Under the pieces are notes generated by a model. It did no database searches and was not told the origin of the DNA. It saw only the letters and a list, made by a program, of their open reading frames with translations. A stretch of DNA of 64,000 bases, from IMG/VR virus record IMGVR_UViG_3300011868_000001, positions 128,001 through 192,000 of that record; one strand, 5' to 3'. This document shows, piece by piece, positions 36,756 to 47,210 of this stretch. Numbering within the stretch: position 1 is the stretch's first letter; each line of letters opens with the position of its first letter. The DNA comes from a virus. Lineage: Duplodnaviria; Caudoviricetes. A program made the translations under genes and the position numbers.

Positions 36756-38162
36756 TTATCGCTTCGCCGCACCAGTCATCTTTTTCGCAATGCTGGTACT
36801 GTTGTTCACCATATCGCGGATCAATCCGAAACCGTGCATGTTAAGCGACCAATGCAGCTTCTCAGCGCTGCTGTAGATCGCCTTGATGGAATTCAAGGCA
36901 GCCTTGCCTTCACGATCAAGGCCGGCGCCCAAACGATCCAGCTCGACCTTGAGCTGATCACGACCTGTAAACATGCGTTCAAACTGATTTGGCAGGCCGC
37001 GTCGAATGGCGGCGGTTCGACGACCAAGCTCAGAGGTCTTCTTGAACGAGTCGATCACTTCGGAGTATTTGATCTGGTGCTTGATCCGCCCGCCGGCCTG
37101 GCGATTGTTCATAGCGGTTGTGGTCGCAAAAGCCGACGTAACACCGATGATCAAGGCTGCACCGACAACAGCGCCAGCCGCGGAAGCCACTCCTCCGGCA
37201 ACACCGTAGGTCAACAGCCACGCCGGAAAGCGCAACATGGCCGACGCTTTAATGCCATGCTTAAGACGGCCAAGGTTATTGCGTGCATACTTACCGACCG
37301 TGTCCCAGTTACCGATGTCAATCCCAGTCCGGTTTGGATTAGGCGCCAGGTTGAACTGGGTGTGCACGTTACCCAGCAAGTAGTCACCGTCCAGTTTCTG
37401 ACGAGCATGGAGAGACGGGTTCGGCAGACTCGACACCTTCTTCAGCAGCGCTAGGGCATCTTCGGTATTTTCTACCTTTGCACCGTGCACCATATTCCGG
37501 ATCTTGTCAGCGGTATCCTCGGCAATTTTCGCAGCATCGAGCAGGCCTTCGGCGTGCTTAGCGGTAACCTGCGTATCCTTGCCCAAGTCCTTAGTCGGCT
37601 TGTCATTGACCGTGATCCATTGCAAGATACCAATGGAATTGATACGGACGCCGTTCTCGCTGAACCATTCCTTGACATCCCCCAGGTGCTTGATCGCCGC
37701 ATCGAGTTCGGACGAGTTACGTTCTACCGCCCCGATACTGTCCCAGAGATCACGAACCGCCCAGGATTCCTGCGAGACCTGCAGTGCATTTTCCAACGAC
37801 GCTTTGACCTGTTCGGCCTGTTCGATGAATGCAGCTTTCTTGGAATCGTCACCATAACTCTCCAGCGAGGCACGGGTACCAGTGATACCGTATTTTCCAC
37901 AGATGGCCTCGAGCGCAATACTGAGGGCTTCCATGGCCACTGCATCGTTTTCCCCGATACCCTGCGCTTGCGTGACCAGTTCATCGATCACCGTGCTATC
38001 GGCAGCCACGCGATGTTCTTCGTATGTCACGTCGTCCGGCGTGTATTCGCTAGAAGTGTCGCGCAGTTCATCGACAGTCTCAAGGAAACTTTCTTGTTCC
38101 TGTCCAGGCCCAGCTATCGGATTGGCCGATTCAAGCGCCGTGATTAGTAGTGTGTTCTTCAT
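36756..38162 (-). CDS. Head (ejection/inner-body-type) protein with a probable cleaved acidic propeptide and a hydrophobic segment
   Basis: 468 aa; several A/S-L/M/Q-E motifs in an acidic N-terminus; located next to the protease. Confidence 0.65.
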   Translation of the reverse strand: MKNTLLITALESANPIAGPGQEQESFLETVDELRDTSSEYTPDDVTYEEHRVAADSTVIDELVTQAQGIGENDAVAMEALSIALEAICGKYGITGTRASLESYGDDSKKAAFIEQAEQVKASLENALQVSQESWAVRDLWDSIGAVERNSSELDAAIKHLGDVKEWFSENGVRINSIGILQWITVNDKPTKDLGKDTQVTAKHAEGLLDAAKIAEDTADKIRNMVHGAKVENTEDALALLKKVSSLPNPSLHARQKLDGDYLLGNVHTQFNLAPNPNRTGIDIGNWDTVGKYARNNLGRLKHGIKASAMLRFPAWLLTYGVAGGVASAAGAVVGAALIIGVTSAFATTTAMNNRQAGGRIKHQIKYSEVIDSFKKTSELGRRTAAIRRGLPNQFERMFTGRDQLKVELDRLGAGLDREGKAALNSIKAIYSSAEKLHWSLNMHGFGLIRDMVNNSTSIAKKMTGAAKR

Positions 38163-38173
38163 TTGAGTTAGTC

Positions 38174-39469
38174 CTAAGAGGCCTTTTTCAACACGTCGTT
38201 ACCGATGAGGGTGATATTGCGGTATACGTACGACGCGTGATCTTCCATCATGATTGCCAGTGCTTTTCCAAGGAACATGTACTGTGCCACGCTCCGTCTT
38301 GCCGAACGGTGAAGAGCACGTAATTCACGGACTCGTACCGCATTCTCTTCCAACGACTTCTCGGTGTTGACATGATTGTACGCATCGTCCATGTCACCGG
38401 TCAGTCGCTTGACGCGTTCGCCCATGGCAGCTGCCATCTGAGCGAATTTCACCACCCGGTTATTCAGCGCAATGGCCTTATCCACGGTCTTGATGAAAGC
38501 CTGGGTCGAGGTCTCGCCACCAGAGGCCGCTACCTGCCTCGCCACGCTGTTTTTAGCCGCCACAGCGTTCATACCCTGGACGCCATTGACACTCTTCACC
38601 TGACCGCCAATGGAGAAGCCGTGGATCTTCTTCTTGGCCAGCTGGGTCACCAGGTTATTGGCATCATCGACCTTGTTGGTAAACTGCCAGGTCACCTCAC
38701 CCTTCTTGAACTGCGGATAACCTCGTTTATCCAGGTATACCGTCCGGTTGCCCAGCAGATTGAACTTGGTGAGGTTGTTCAGCACAGTCCGATCGAGCAT
38801 ATTGTCATCGAGGTAGTCGATGGCATCACGGATCGCATCGTTAGAGTCGCTGTTACACGCCTCCCGAAAACGCTTAGCCAAATCTGCCGAAACATCATAG
38901 AAGGACTTGTAGTGCTCTTCGCAGGCATCGATGAATTTAAGGTCTTCATCAATGCACGTCGAAAGGTTCTTCACCGGCTTATGTGCTCGAGTGAGGAACG
39001 TATAAGCACTGACAGAATCGATCAACACCGGTGCTGCATCAATGGCGTCTTTGTGTTGACTCAATTTGGCCTTGATGTCAACCAGGTTCTTGCCAAAGGT
39101 GCGGGTAGCCAGCATCATGTTCTGGAAGGTGCGCTTGAGCGCCTGAGCCATATCGGCTTCCATCGAGGGCTGATACAGCGCCTCCATGGTGGCTCGAATT
39201 TCTTGTACCAGTGCATCACCGGTTTGCGCATTACCTTTAACCATGTCGTGGTGCGAAGCGCGCCAATCCCGATAGGTCTGTTCGGCTTCCAGGATATCTA
39301 CAACCGAGCCGTCAGCCATGGCGATCTGCTCAATGCAGCTCTCAAGGACCAGACGACTGTCGTCGACATCTGCCATTTCAGAAATAACGGGCAATGCTGG
39401 AGCCAGAGAGGTCTCTGACTCCAGCTGCTGCGCAGCATCCACCAACAGGGAGTTGATGGGGTTGTGCAT
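38174..39469 (-). CDS. Head (ejection-type) protein with a probable propeptide
   Basis: 431 aa from MHNP (TAATG-coupled to the protease gene); acidic N-terminus ending PSMEA. Confidence 0.65.
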   Translation of the reverse strand: MHNPINSLLVDAAQQLESETSLAPALPVISEMADVDDSRLVLESCIEQIAMADGSVVDILEAEQTYRDWRASHHDMVKGNAQTGDALVQEIRATMEALYQPSMEADMAQALKRTFQNMMLATRTFGKNLVDIKAKLSQHKDAIDAAPVLIDSVSAYTFLTRAHKPVKNLSTCIDEDLKFIDACEEHYKSFYDVSADLAKRFREACNSDSNDAIRDAIDYLDDNMLDRTVLNNLTKFNLLGNRTVYLDKRGYPQFKKGEVTWQFTNKVDDANNLVTQLAKKKIHGFSIGGQVKSVNGVQGMNAVAAKNSVARQVAASGGETSTQAFIKTVDKAIALNNRVVKFAQMAAAMGERVKRLTGDMDDAYNHVNTEKSLEENAVRVRELRALHRSARRSVAQYMFLGKALAIMMEDHASYVYRNITLIGNDVLKKAS

Positions 39470-40248
39470 TACCACCTCCAAGCGCTGGGAACGAACGAAC
39501 GAATGGGGCGTTCGATTTCAGCAATCAGGCTCATGACGTTGGCATTGGATTCAAAACCAATCCCTTCACCAACACCGACGTTCGGAATAGCTTTGGCTTC
39601 ACGACGCAGCGCATCGACGAAGAATGCTGTTTCCAGATCAGCTTCAGGGATGTCCTGTGCCAGCGATTCCAGCGAGGCCGTACCGTACTTGGACGACTTG
39701 GCAATGCCGGGCTCGTTGACGGTGTCCCAGGTGATGATCTTCTTCAGGAACTTGGTCTTGACGCCGCTGACTACCTTGTCTTCGGTAAAGGAGCGGATGG
39801 AGAAGCAGACATCTTCGTCACGGTTCTCCAGTTGCCGATCCAGCCAGGCACTTTCCTTCCCAGACGACTTGACTTCACCCACGACCATGGTCACAGCCCG
39901 ACCCCGTTCATCGACACCCGGTTCCAGACGAATGCGACGAATGTGCACGCAGACGTTCGGCTCGAAGATGTCATTGACCCGACTGAACCATTCCAGCTGA
40001 GTCATGCCAGGGCGGAAACGCGGATGACCACATTCGCCGCGCAGACGAGCGGTTTCCATCATGCGCATCAGGCCGCCCGATCCTTCGATCAGACGACGAC
40101 CTTCCGGCTCACTGTACAGCCAGCCGGCGGAGTTGAATGCCCCAAGGGCACCCAGACGAACTTCGTAGTAACCGTTGTCGAGCTTCTTCAGGTCCCCAAC
40201 CCGATTGATGCCCTGCAACACGTTACACTGATAAACAATACGTTCCAT
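39469..40248 (-). CDS. Prohead maturation protease (phiKZ gp175 / T4 gp21-like)
   Basis: GECGHP (His), FSIRS (Ser), WDTVNEPG (Asp); C-terminal ASLES probable autocleavage site. Confidence 0.88.
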   Translation of the reverse strand: MERIVYQCNVLQGINRVGDLKKLDNGYYEVRLGALGAFNSAGWLYSEPEGRRLIEGSGGLMRMMETARLRGECGHPRFRPGMTQLEWFSRVNDIFEPNVCVHIRRIRLEPGVDERGRAVTMVVGEVKSSGKESAWLDRQLENRDEDVCFSIRSFTEDKVVSGVKTKFLKKIITWDTVNEPGIAKSSKYGTASLESLAQDIPEADLETAFFVDALRREAKAIPNVGVGEGIGFESNANVMSLIAEIERPIRSFVPSAWRW

Positions 40249-40261
40249 AACACTTAACCCT

Positions 40262-40993
40262 TTACGTCCGAAGTATCTTCTCAGTCCGTTCGACGCGCTC
40301 ACCAGGATTAACAATCGCACTGGTCATGCCTTCGTCGAACCGTGAACCGGTTATTTTGGCGATGGTGTTGGTCGCCCCGTAGCTGACGTTACGCAACGGG
40401 ATGATGGTCGGAGGCGACTGAGTGATGTCTTCGTAGGTTTCCACCACCTGACGGTAGTAGCGACGCAGGTCATTGCTGTCTCGAGCAATGGCTGCTGTAA
40501 TGATCTCCATGACAGTCGGTGTCTTACCGACCCGCACCCCGGCATGTTTAAGGGAGGTCTGAAAGATACCCCCAAGCTCGGCGTACGTGATGTACCAAGG
40601 AACGCGGCCCTTAGCAATGATCTCGTCATAGATGCGATAGAGCAGGTTGTCGATCATCACGAGGTTTTCGCTACAGATTACCCGGTCACCCGGTTCATAC
40701 TGCATTTCGATGTACTCGACATCGTCGATCACCGTCGTGTTGACCAGACTCGGCTCACTTCGAATAGGTGCACAAATCTTAGACGCCATGAAATAGGTGT
40801 CGTCCAGGACAATTGCGCAAATCCCGGTAAAGGTGATTTCATCTTCGAAGGTTGCCAGATCGCGCTGAGGAAACCGAGCGGGAATGTAAACCTTGAGCGG
40901 CTTCAGCGCCACGAACGAACCTTCGTCGGTACGCTCCAGTGCCTTGTGAACGCGAGCGGCGTCACGGATGAACTTACTCGATTTGATGCTCAT
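40262..40993 (-). CDS. phiKZ gp176-like protein, probable fifth virion RNAP subunit
   Basis: 243 aa; lies between the protease and vRNAP beta. Confidence 0.6.
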   Translation of the reverse strand: MSIKSSKFIRDAARVHKALERTDEGSFVALKPLKVYIPARFPQRDLATFEDEITFTGICAIVLDDTYFMASKICAPIRSEPSLVNTTVIDDVEYIEMQYEPGDRVICSENLVMIDNLLYRIYDEIIAKGRVPWYITYAELGGIFQTSLKHAGVRVGKTPTVMEIITAAIARDSNDLRRYYRQVVETYEDITQSPPTIIPLRNVSYGATNTIAKITGSRFDEGMTSAIVNPGERVERTEKILRT

Positions 40994-41043
40994 TGCGAAA
41001 ATCCTGATGAAAGCCGGAGGGAATGAACCCTCCGGCTAATTGG

Positions 41044-42396
41044 TTATGCTTGAACCAGACCCATCTGGCGGCAGAGCCAGTAGTTGACATACTTGCAGGT
41101 AGCAAGCAACGCTACTTCACGCGGATCGGTATCTTCCGGTACCGAAGCGCCAGCGCGGTTCATCAGGCGGATGAACGTCAGTGCATCGGTCTTGGCGAAG
41201 AAGACTTCACAGACAACATCGGTCACCAGACTGTTGATGTCATCGCAGTTACGCTCATTGACCTTGCCGGCCAGTTCCTGCAACTTACGCGAAGCCGCTT
41301 CCATACCTTCGCCCAGATCACGAGCCACGATCGTTTTCGCAACGATCTGACGCAGTGCATCACGAACGATACCGGTCATTTCAGCCTGCACCTTGATGCT
41401 GCGCAGGTTCATCTCGCGGTTGTAAATCTGCTCCAGAGCAGCCTTGTTCTCGATCAGCTGACCGGCAGTGAAACGACGACCGGCCATTTCGTTACCGATC
41501 AGTGCTTCCGGCGTCAGGCCTTTCTCCAGCAGCGCACGGTATGCCTTGCCCATCACAACGATAGTGGTGAGCGAGTCACGACCATCGGTCGAGTACAGGG
41601 TGCCGAGTTTCTCCGCTTCGGCGTAACGCATCATGGCGCCACGCAGCAGGTGTGCAGTCTTGCCGAGCAGACGATTGAGGTAATCGTTGTACTCAACCAG
41701 GGTGAGGTTAACACCCGGCTCTGGCTCACCGTAGATGGCCTGAGCAGCTACCAGAACACCCGGCAGGAAGTCGACGTGGATTTGTTGCGGGCCGGCCTGA
41801 CCGGTCAGTACCTTGAGCACTGCCGCGTAGCCTTCATCATTGCCCAGGCTCAGAACCGTGGCAAGTTCGGCATCGAACCCGGCCATACCCGTTTTGCACA
41901 GGTCCTTGAGACGGTCGATGGTGACCGGCGCCAGATTCCGTGCCGCAAACTCGAGCTGAGAAGCTTGCGGGTAGCGTTCAGCCAACTGCTTGAGAGCAGC
42001 ATTGCTGTACACGGCCGGGATTTCCTTCATCACCACCGAATACGGCAGCGAGGCTTCGATCCGACGCTGATTGACATACTCCTGCACTTCCGCCGCTACC
42101 TCTTTGATCAGCGGCAGGACCTGTGTACGGGTGATGTCATGTAGACGAGCAATCGAGAGCGAGGCCAGTTTGATGATGTCGGCTTTGGCGACGCGGTGGG
42201 CGTCTTCACCGGAGCGTGCCTGCAGAACCGAAATCAGATCGGCGTTATCTGCCAGGTCTTGTTCGACCAGGAAGCTGCTGGTTGCCTGAGTGAGGCTCAT
42301 CAGCGGCGAACCATCTGTCGGCAGAACTCTAAGCTTGCGCTCGTCCAAACGCTGGGCGATCGGCAGGGCAGCTTCAATCGAGATACGGTTAAGCAT
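41044..42396 (-). CDS. Virion head protein, phiKZ gp177-like
   Basis: 450 aa, helical, high codon bias; synteny. Confidence 0.6.
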   Translation of the reverse strand: MLNRISIEAALPIAQRLDERKLRVLPTDGSPLMSLTQATSSFLVEQDLADNADLISVLQARSGEDAHRVAKADIIKLASLSIARLHDITRTQVLPLIKEVAAEVQEYVNQRRIEASLPYSVVMKEIPAVYSNAALKQLAERYPQASQLEFAARNLAPVTIDRLKDLCKTGMAGFDAELATVLSLGNDEGYAAVLKVLTGQAGPQQIHVDFLPGVLVAAQAIYGEPEPGVNLTLVEYNDYLNRLLGKTAHLLRGAMMRYAEAEKLGTLYSTDGRDSLTTIVVMGKAYRALLEKGLTPEALIGNEMAGRRFTAGQLIENKAALEQIYNREMNLRSIKVQAEMTGIVRDALRQIVAKTIVARDLGEGMEAASRKLQELAGKVNERNCDDINSLVTDVVCEVFFAKTDALTFIRLMNRAGASVPEDTDPREVALLATCKYVNYWLCRQMGLVQA

Positions 42397-42583
42397 GCTC
42401 GCGACCCTCGATTACATTGTTGATATCCGCTGCACAGATAGCAGCGATGGTGCGGTCATTGAGCGGCGCGCCTTCCAGGTGGTTGGAGACGAGATTACCC
42501 GAGACGTTGGAGATGATTTCCACCGCCAGATCCACAGCGCCCGCAAGCACTGTCAGGTTGTTGAAGGTAGTAGCATTGCTCAT
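42389..42583 (-). CDS. Small hypothetical protein
   Basis: 64 aa, AGGA RBS, overlaps the next start. Confidence 0.5.
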   Translation of the reverse strand: MSNATTFNNLTVLAGAVDLAVEIISNVSGNLVSNHLEGAPLNDRTIAAICAADINNVIEGREHA

Positions 42584-42652
42584 GTGGCAAGTTCCTGTGA
42601 AATTTCAAGGCGCTGTAAAAGGAGATCCAGGGGCACTGCCCCTGGACTTCAA

Positions 42653-45600
42653 CTACTTGGTGTCATTGGCCGTCCACATCTCAGCGGCTTTTTCACCGAT
42701 GGCAGTCAGCACGGAGATGGACATCCCGATCAGCAACGCTGACAGAACGATTCGGTCCATGACCGACTTGGCGCCGAAGATGGCATTGATCTGTTTCCCA
42801 GACTCTGTTTCGTTCACCCCACTTAAGCGATGACCAACCACAGTTTTCATCTGGTTGCAGAACACTGCCTTATCGCCCACGCCCATGCCTTCCCGGTGAG
42901 TGATGTAGACTTTGATAGCAACGTGATCGAGTTCCAACCCGTTCCCATCGATCCGCAGGGACTGGTCGACCTGACCTGTGACAACTGGCTTGCCCAAGCG
43001 CTTAGCCATCTTGCGACGACGTTTGTCATGGGCACTGACCAACTCCAACAACGAATCAGACATGTCGTCAGTATCGCCGTGATAGAACACCTCGATCTTC
43101 GAGACCTCGCCAACAGCCCCCGCAGTCGGGGTTGCCGAAGACATCATGCGAAGAGTTTCAAGGTCATCTTCAGAGAAGAGTCCAGAATCCGCTGTTACAG
43201 CATCTTCAATCGTGCATAAGATACTCGTGATGTCCGTGTGGTCGCCTTCCTTGACAAGATTACGGATGGTTTGATCAAACCGTACCACGATGGTCTTGAC
43301 CTTCGTTACTTCAGAGCCCAGCTGCTTTGCCAGCCAGTCATCCATGGCCGAGGAGTCTTCCAGGGTGTAGGATGCTTCCATCAATGCAGTCCGAGCAATG
43401 ACCCCTGCCTTCCACTGCACCTGGTGACGGTGGAAACGACTCGGCTTAAAGAAGCCCGAGTTGTACTTGAGGATATCGCCTTTCTTGACTTTATCGCCCA
43501 ACTGGAAAGAGGTTGCCTGTTTCTGCGGATAGACCGACCCGGCTGAGATGCCGTACTGCGTTGTCAGGTCGATGTGCTCGAACGTACCGTCCTCGTATGC
43601 CACCACCATGTGTTCATCGCTAAGCTCAACGACTTCACCATCTTTCGCAGCCGGCATGGCAAAGATCTCATCGACCCGATGGGCCAATACATGGTCATAG
43701 CCGGTGGAGATTGGCGACTCCCGGTAGCCTTCCGAGGAGATCACATGTGATTGCTGAATACCGATAAAGTTCACCCGCTTAGGGTCGTCTCGATCGGAGA
43801 ACGGCGAGATCAGTGCCGAGGTCGAAACAATGTTCGCTGAGCCGTCTTGTTCCTTATCGAACTCACGAACCGTCCCACGCACACTGGTGATGTTGGCATT
43901 GGGTGACATGTAGGTGATTACCGCCACATCGCCCGAGTCCACCGTACTTTCGGAAATGAACCCGATGTCGCTTTCCTTATACAGTCGAGCTTCTGCGGTC
44001 ATCGACCGACCACTGCGTCCGCCTCGACCACCGTAGGTGATGATTTCCTTCTGCTTGAGGTTCTGGATGGGGTTGATGTCATCGACCAGCGCACTGGCCG
44101 GGTCCTGCACGATATTCGTCCAGACTTCGTGCGGCTTCATGGTCACTTGCGAGTTGTTGCTGGCATTGCGCGAGTTGTAGACTCGGATGGACCGAACCAA
44201 CTCCCCGTACACCGCCCCTGGAATACGCTCATAACCCTTCGCCCGTTCCAGCCCTTCGACCAGTCCGTCAGCCCCTTCGACTTTATTTGGAACGTACCGC
44301 GTTACCAGCAGTTCACAGGCCCGTACCAACAACGGCACAAACTCAGTCGGCTCCTTCATCCATTCGAGCACGCCCTTGGTGATCGGATCGACCCACATGG
44401 CGTTCATCAGATCAAGCTCGCGCAGATAGCGCAGACCGATGTTGTTGGCCTCAAGAATGTTGAAGTACACATCCTTGGCATTGAAGCTGTGGCGACTGAA
44501 GTTACGCACGTGTTTGTGGTAATGTAGGAACCCTGCAAAGATCAGACTCGATTTGACATCGGTCTTATCCAGTACCAGCGTTTCATCCAGAAACTTGATG
44601 GCGTATTCATCCGCACCCATTTGCAAACGAGTGCCCAACGGCACGACCCGCACCTGAGCCTTGGTCAGCTCGATCAGACGATCGAAGCCCAGCAGATACG
44701 CCAGGGCGATACCCACCGGCATGCTCTTACCGAAGATGCTGATCTCGGCCATATTGACCGGTGCTTTATCCATGGGCAGGCCCAGGACTTCCTCAATTGG
44801 GCCGATTGGTGTTGCATCGTCGCTATTGGGTTTGACCAGATAGAAGATGTTATCCGGCGCCACCATGATGTACTGATTGCCCCGCTTACCGCAGACCACC
44901 CATTTCTTGAAGCGATTTTCCAGTTCTTCAACGACCGCCATGTCAAACAGCTTGGCACGATGACGGTTCTTGTAATCGAACCAGTAACTGCCGTTGGCTT
45001 CGAAACTGAATACTCGACTGGCGGTGATGGTGTAGATCGTCGGTAGATCAAGCGAGAAGTCTGCCACGTTGGCGATCTTCACATTCTTGATGCTCTCATC
45101 GGCCGGATCGAGACCCTTGGCAATGATTTGCTTACCCACCCAGTTGTCGTAGTTGAACACCGACCGTTGCGACCGGTCAACGAACACCTTGCTGTAGTAC
45201 GAGGTCAGGGCCACCCGCGAGTCATTGACTTTGCGGATAGGGACGTCAGCCTTCTGCGTACGCATGCGGTAGCGCTGGCCGTTGGAGGTGTAGACCCCGC
45301 GTTTGTCCACCACAGGAACCCGGAATGAGATGGTCGAAGGCTTGCCAGTCACCGGCGTCAGTTGAATCTTGTGGACTTCATAATGACTGACTGCATCCTG
45401 CACGGTTTCAACCGTATACCCCGTAACCGCGATGCCGGCTTTCTGCACGGACATGACCGCATTCAGGATATCCTTGTTCATCACCTTTTCGATGTACTGA
45501 CTGTCCATTTTCTCAACAGTCGATTGCAGCATCGATTCATCCCGCACCGCATCGGTCTTCGGATACGTGTCAGCTTCGCCCAGGACCAGATCATCATTGG

Positions 45601-47035
45601 GGATGTCCAGCGACTCTTCGATCGTTTTGCTACTGTCCCATGGGTTGGGGATGGTCTTGTAGCTTTCCGCCAACCGTTGCATCCGCCGATATTGCGCGGC
45701 AGTGTACAGGTCCTTTTCCACCAGCTCATCGAGCTTGGCATGGATCGTACTGGTCAGGGTGTGTTCGATATTGCTGGTCCCGACCGCCGCCGGTACATCG
45801 ACCCGCTCATCAGGAGAAGACTCGATGATCAGCTCGCCATCTTCATCCATCATGATGGCGTCGCTATCCGTTACCGGAGTATCGAGTTCAGCCGACAGCT
45901 CTTCTTCTTCCTCACGGGCCAGCTCAAGAGCGTTGCCAGATTCCTGAAGAATGCGTTCTTCTGCCTCAGCCTCTTCTCGCGCTTCCTCTTCACTGCGCTC
46001 AGCTTCGAGTTCCTGTGCATCGTCACTGGTATCGACTACGGCACTGGTTTGATCCACCACCTTGGTCAGCAGCTTAAGGAACCTGATCTGAATGATTTTC
46101 GGATCGAGACCCTGGGGCGATTCCAGCGAGGCTTCGAACAGCCCATCGACAGGCGTACAGTCACCGGCATTTTCCAGCGAGACGTATTCGTCGTAGAGTG
46201 CATCGAAGTCGAAGTTCTCCTCGGCCTCGGGAGCCTTGAACGATTCCATCGACACACCGGCATCAGCCTTGCGCCAGCCATTGAGAAGCCCGAGGTTGAT
46301 CGTCAACCAACCGGTGTCGCGACGGATCAGCAGGATGACTTCATTCAACCGTGATTCATCCAATCGAGCCATGGGGGTGCTCTTGCGGTTTTCACCCAGC
46401 CATGTCCAGATGTCGAGCAGGTCCAGTCGTTCGCGTGACGTGAACACTTTGTTCATCAACAACGGCGTCATCCCGCGTTCGGCTTTGCGCAGATCAGACA
46501 GCGATGGGAGCGACTGCGGAACATCGAAGATCACTACATGTCGACGTTCATTATCGGTCTTAAGTTGGTTGATCCGTTCCCACATGGTCGAACGAATGTT
46601 CTTCCAGTACCACCAGCGGCTCAGTGCCGAGCGCATGTACTTGTACATCTGCCCGACCATGGCGTAGTTGATCACCACCAGGTTCAACGGCTCTTTGCTC
46701 GCTGCGTCATAATCGCGCATCGGCCGGATGAGCATGTTTTCGCGGCGATACTGCTGTTGCATCGGTGCGATCAATTTATAGGTTGGTCGCGGATTACCTT
46801 CCTTTACCAGCAGATCAGCAACATGATCGATGTAAGTCAGGCGCTGACCTATATTGAGCAGCGGGTTGTCCTTATCCGGACCCAGTTCGGTTTCGGTCTG
46901 AGGCATGTAGTGCAGGGCACTGCCACGCGGCAGGGTCAGGCGCGAGATCGGCCTGACCTTAGGGTTTTCCAGACCGCCCAGCCGCAAGATACCAAAGAGC
47001 TTGATAAAGCGGTCATACTGAAACATTACGGCCAT
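42653..47035 (-). CDS. Virion RNA polymerase beta subunit, N-terminal/large part (phiKZ gp178-like)
   Basis: 1460 aa with DDPKR..QQSH, EDS and GDKAVFCNQMKT beta motifs. Confidence 0.88.
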   Translation of the reverse strand: MAVMFQYDRFIKLFGILRLGGLENPKVRPISRLTLPRGSALHYMPQTETELGPDKDNPLLNIGQRLTYIDHVADLLVKEGNPRPTYKLIAPMQQQYRRENMLIRPMRDYDAASKEPLNLVVINYAMVGQMYKYMRSALSRWWYWKNIRSTMWERINQLKTDNERRHVVIFDVPQSLPSLSDLRKAERGMTPLLMNKVFTSRERLDLLDIWTWLGENRKSTPMARLDESRLNEVILLIRRDTGWLTINLGLLNGWRKADAGVSMESFKAPEAEENFDFDALYDEYVSLENAGDCTPVDGLFEASLESPQGLDPKIIQIRFLKLLTKVVDQTSAVVDTSDDAQELEAERSEEEAREEAEAEERILQESGNALELAREEEEELSAELDTPVTDSDAIMMDEDGELIIESSPDERVDVPAAVGTSNIEHTLTSTIHAKLDELVEKDLYTAAQYRRMQRLAESYKTIPNPWDSSKTIEESLDIPNDDLVLGEADTYPKTDAVRDESMLQSTVEKMDSQYIEKVMNKDILNAVMSVQKAGIAVTGYTVETVQDAVSHYEVHKIQLTPVTGKPSTISFRVPVVDKRGVYTSNGQRYRMRTQKADVPIRKVNDSRVALTSYYSKVFVDRSQRSVFNYDNWVGKQIIAKGLDPADESIKNVKIANVADFSLDLPTIYTITASRVFSFEANGSYWFDYKNRHRAKLFDMAVVEELENRFKKWVVCGKRGNQYIMVAPDNIFYLVKPNSDDATPIGPIEEVLGLPMDKAPVNMAEISIFGKSMPVGIALAYLLGFDRLIELTKAQVRVVPLGTRLQMGADEYAIKFLDETLVLDKTDVKSSLIFAGFLHYHKHVRNFSRHSFNAKDVYFNILEANNIGLRYLRELDLMNAMWVDPITKGVLEWMKEPTEFVPLLVRACELLVTRYVPNKVEGADGLVEGLERAKGYERIPGAVYGELVRSIRVYNSRNASNNSQVTMKPHEVWTNIVQDPASALVDDINPIQNLKQKEIITYGGRGGRSGRSMTAEARLYKESDIGFISESTVDSGDVAVITYMSPNANITSVRGTVREFDKEQDGSANIVSTSALISPFSDRDDPKRVNFIGIQQSHVISSEGYRESPISTGYDHVLAHRVDEIFAMPAAKDGEVVELSDEHMVVAYEDGTFEHIDLTTQYGISAGSVYPQKQATSFQLGDKVKKGDILKYNSGFFKPSRFHRHQVQWKAGVIARTALMEASYTLEDSSAMDDWLAKQLGSEVTKVKTIVVRFDQTIRNLVKEGDHTDITSILCTIEDAVTADSGLFSEDDLETLRMMSSATPTAGAVGEVSKIEVFYHGDTDDMSDSLLELVSAHDKRRRKMAKRLGKPVVTGQVDQSLRIDGNGLELDHVAIKVYITHREGMGVGDKAVFCNQMKTVVGHRLSGVNETESGKQINAIFGAKSVMDRIVLSALLIGMSISVLTAIGEKAAEMWTANDTK

Positions 47036-47210
47036 GTTTGAATCGTCCTGTCAAATTGTGGATGACGTACTTGAGCGTATCGTAGTCATACGAGGCTAAG
47101 AGGCTGCCATCGGTATCGACCCAATACTGTCGAGAACGCAAGATGCGGTCATTCTCTTCGAGCGCTTCGTTGGACATCACCAAGGTCGCAGAACCGGTGT
47201 CACCGTCGAA
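47013..47210 (-). CDS. Virion RNAP beta' subunit, exon 2 (FDGDT...)
   Basis: In frame after splicing; completes the catalytic ADFDGD motif; 65 codons plus stop. Confidence 0.85.
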   Translation of the reverse strand, partial: FDGDTGSATLVMSNEALEENDRILRSRQYWVDTDGSLLASYDYDTLKYVIHNLTGRFKHGRNVSV

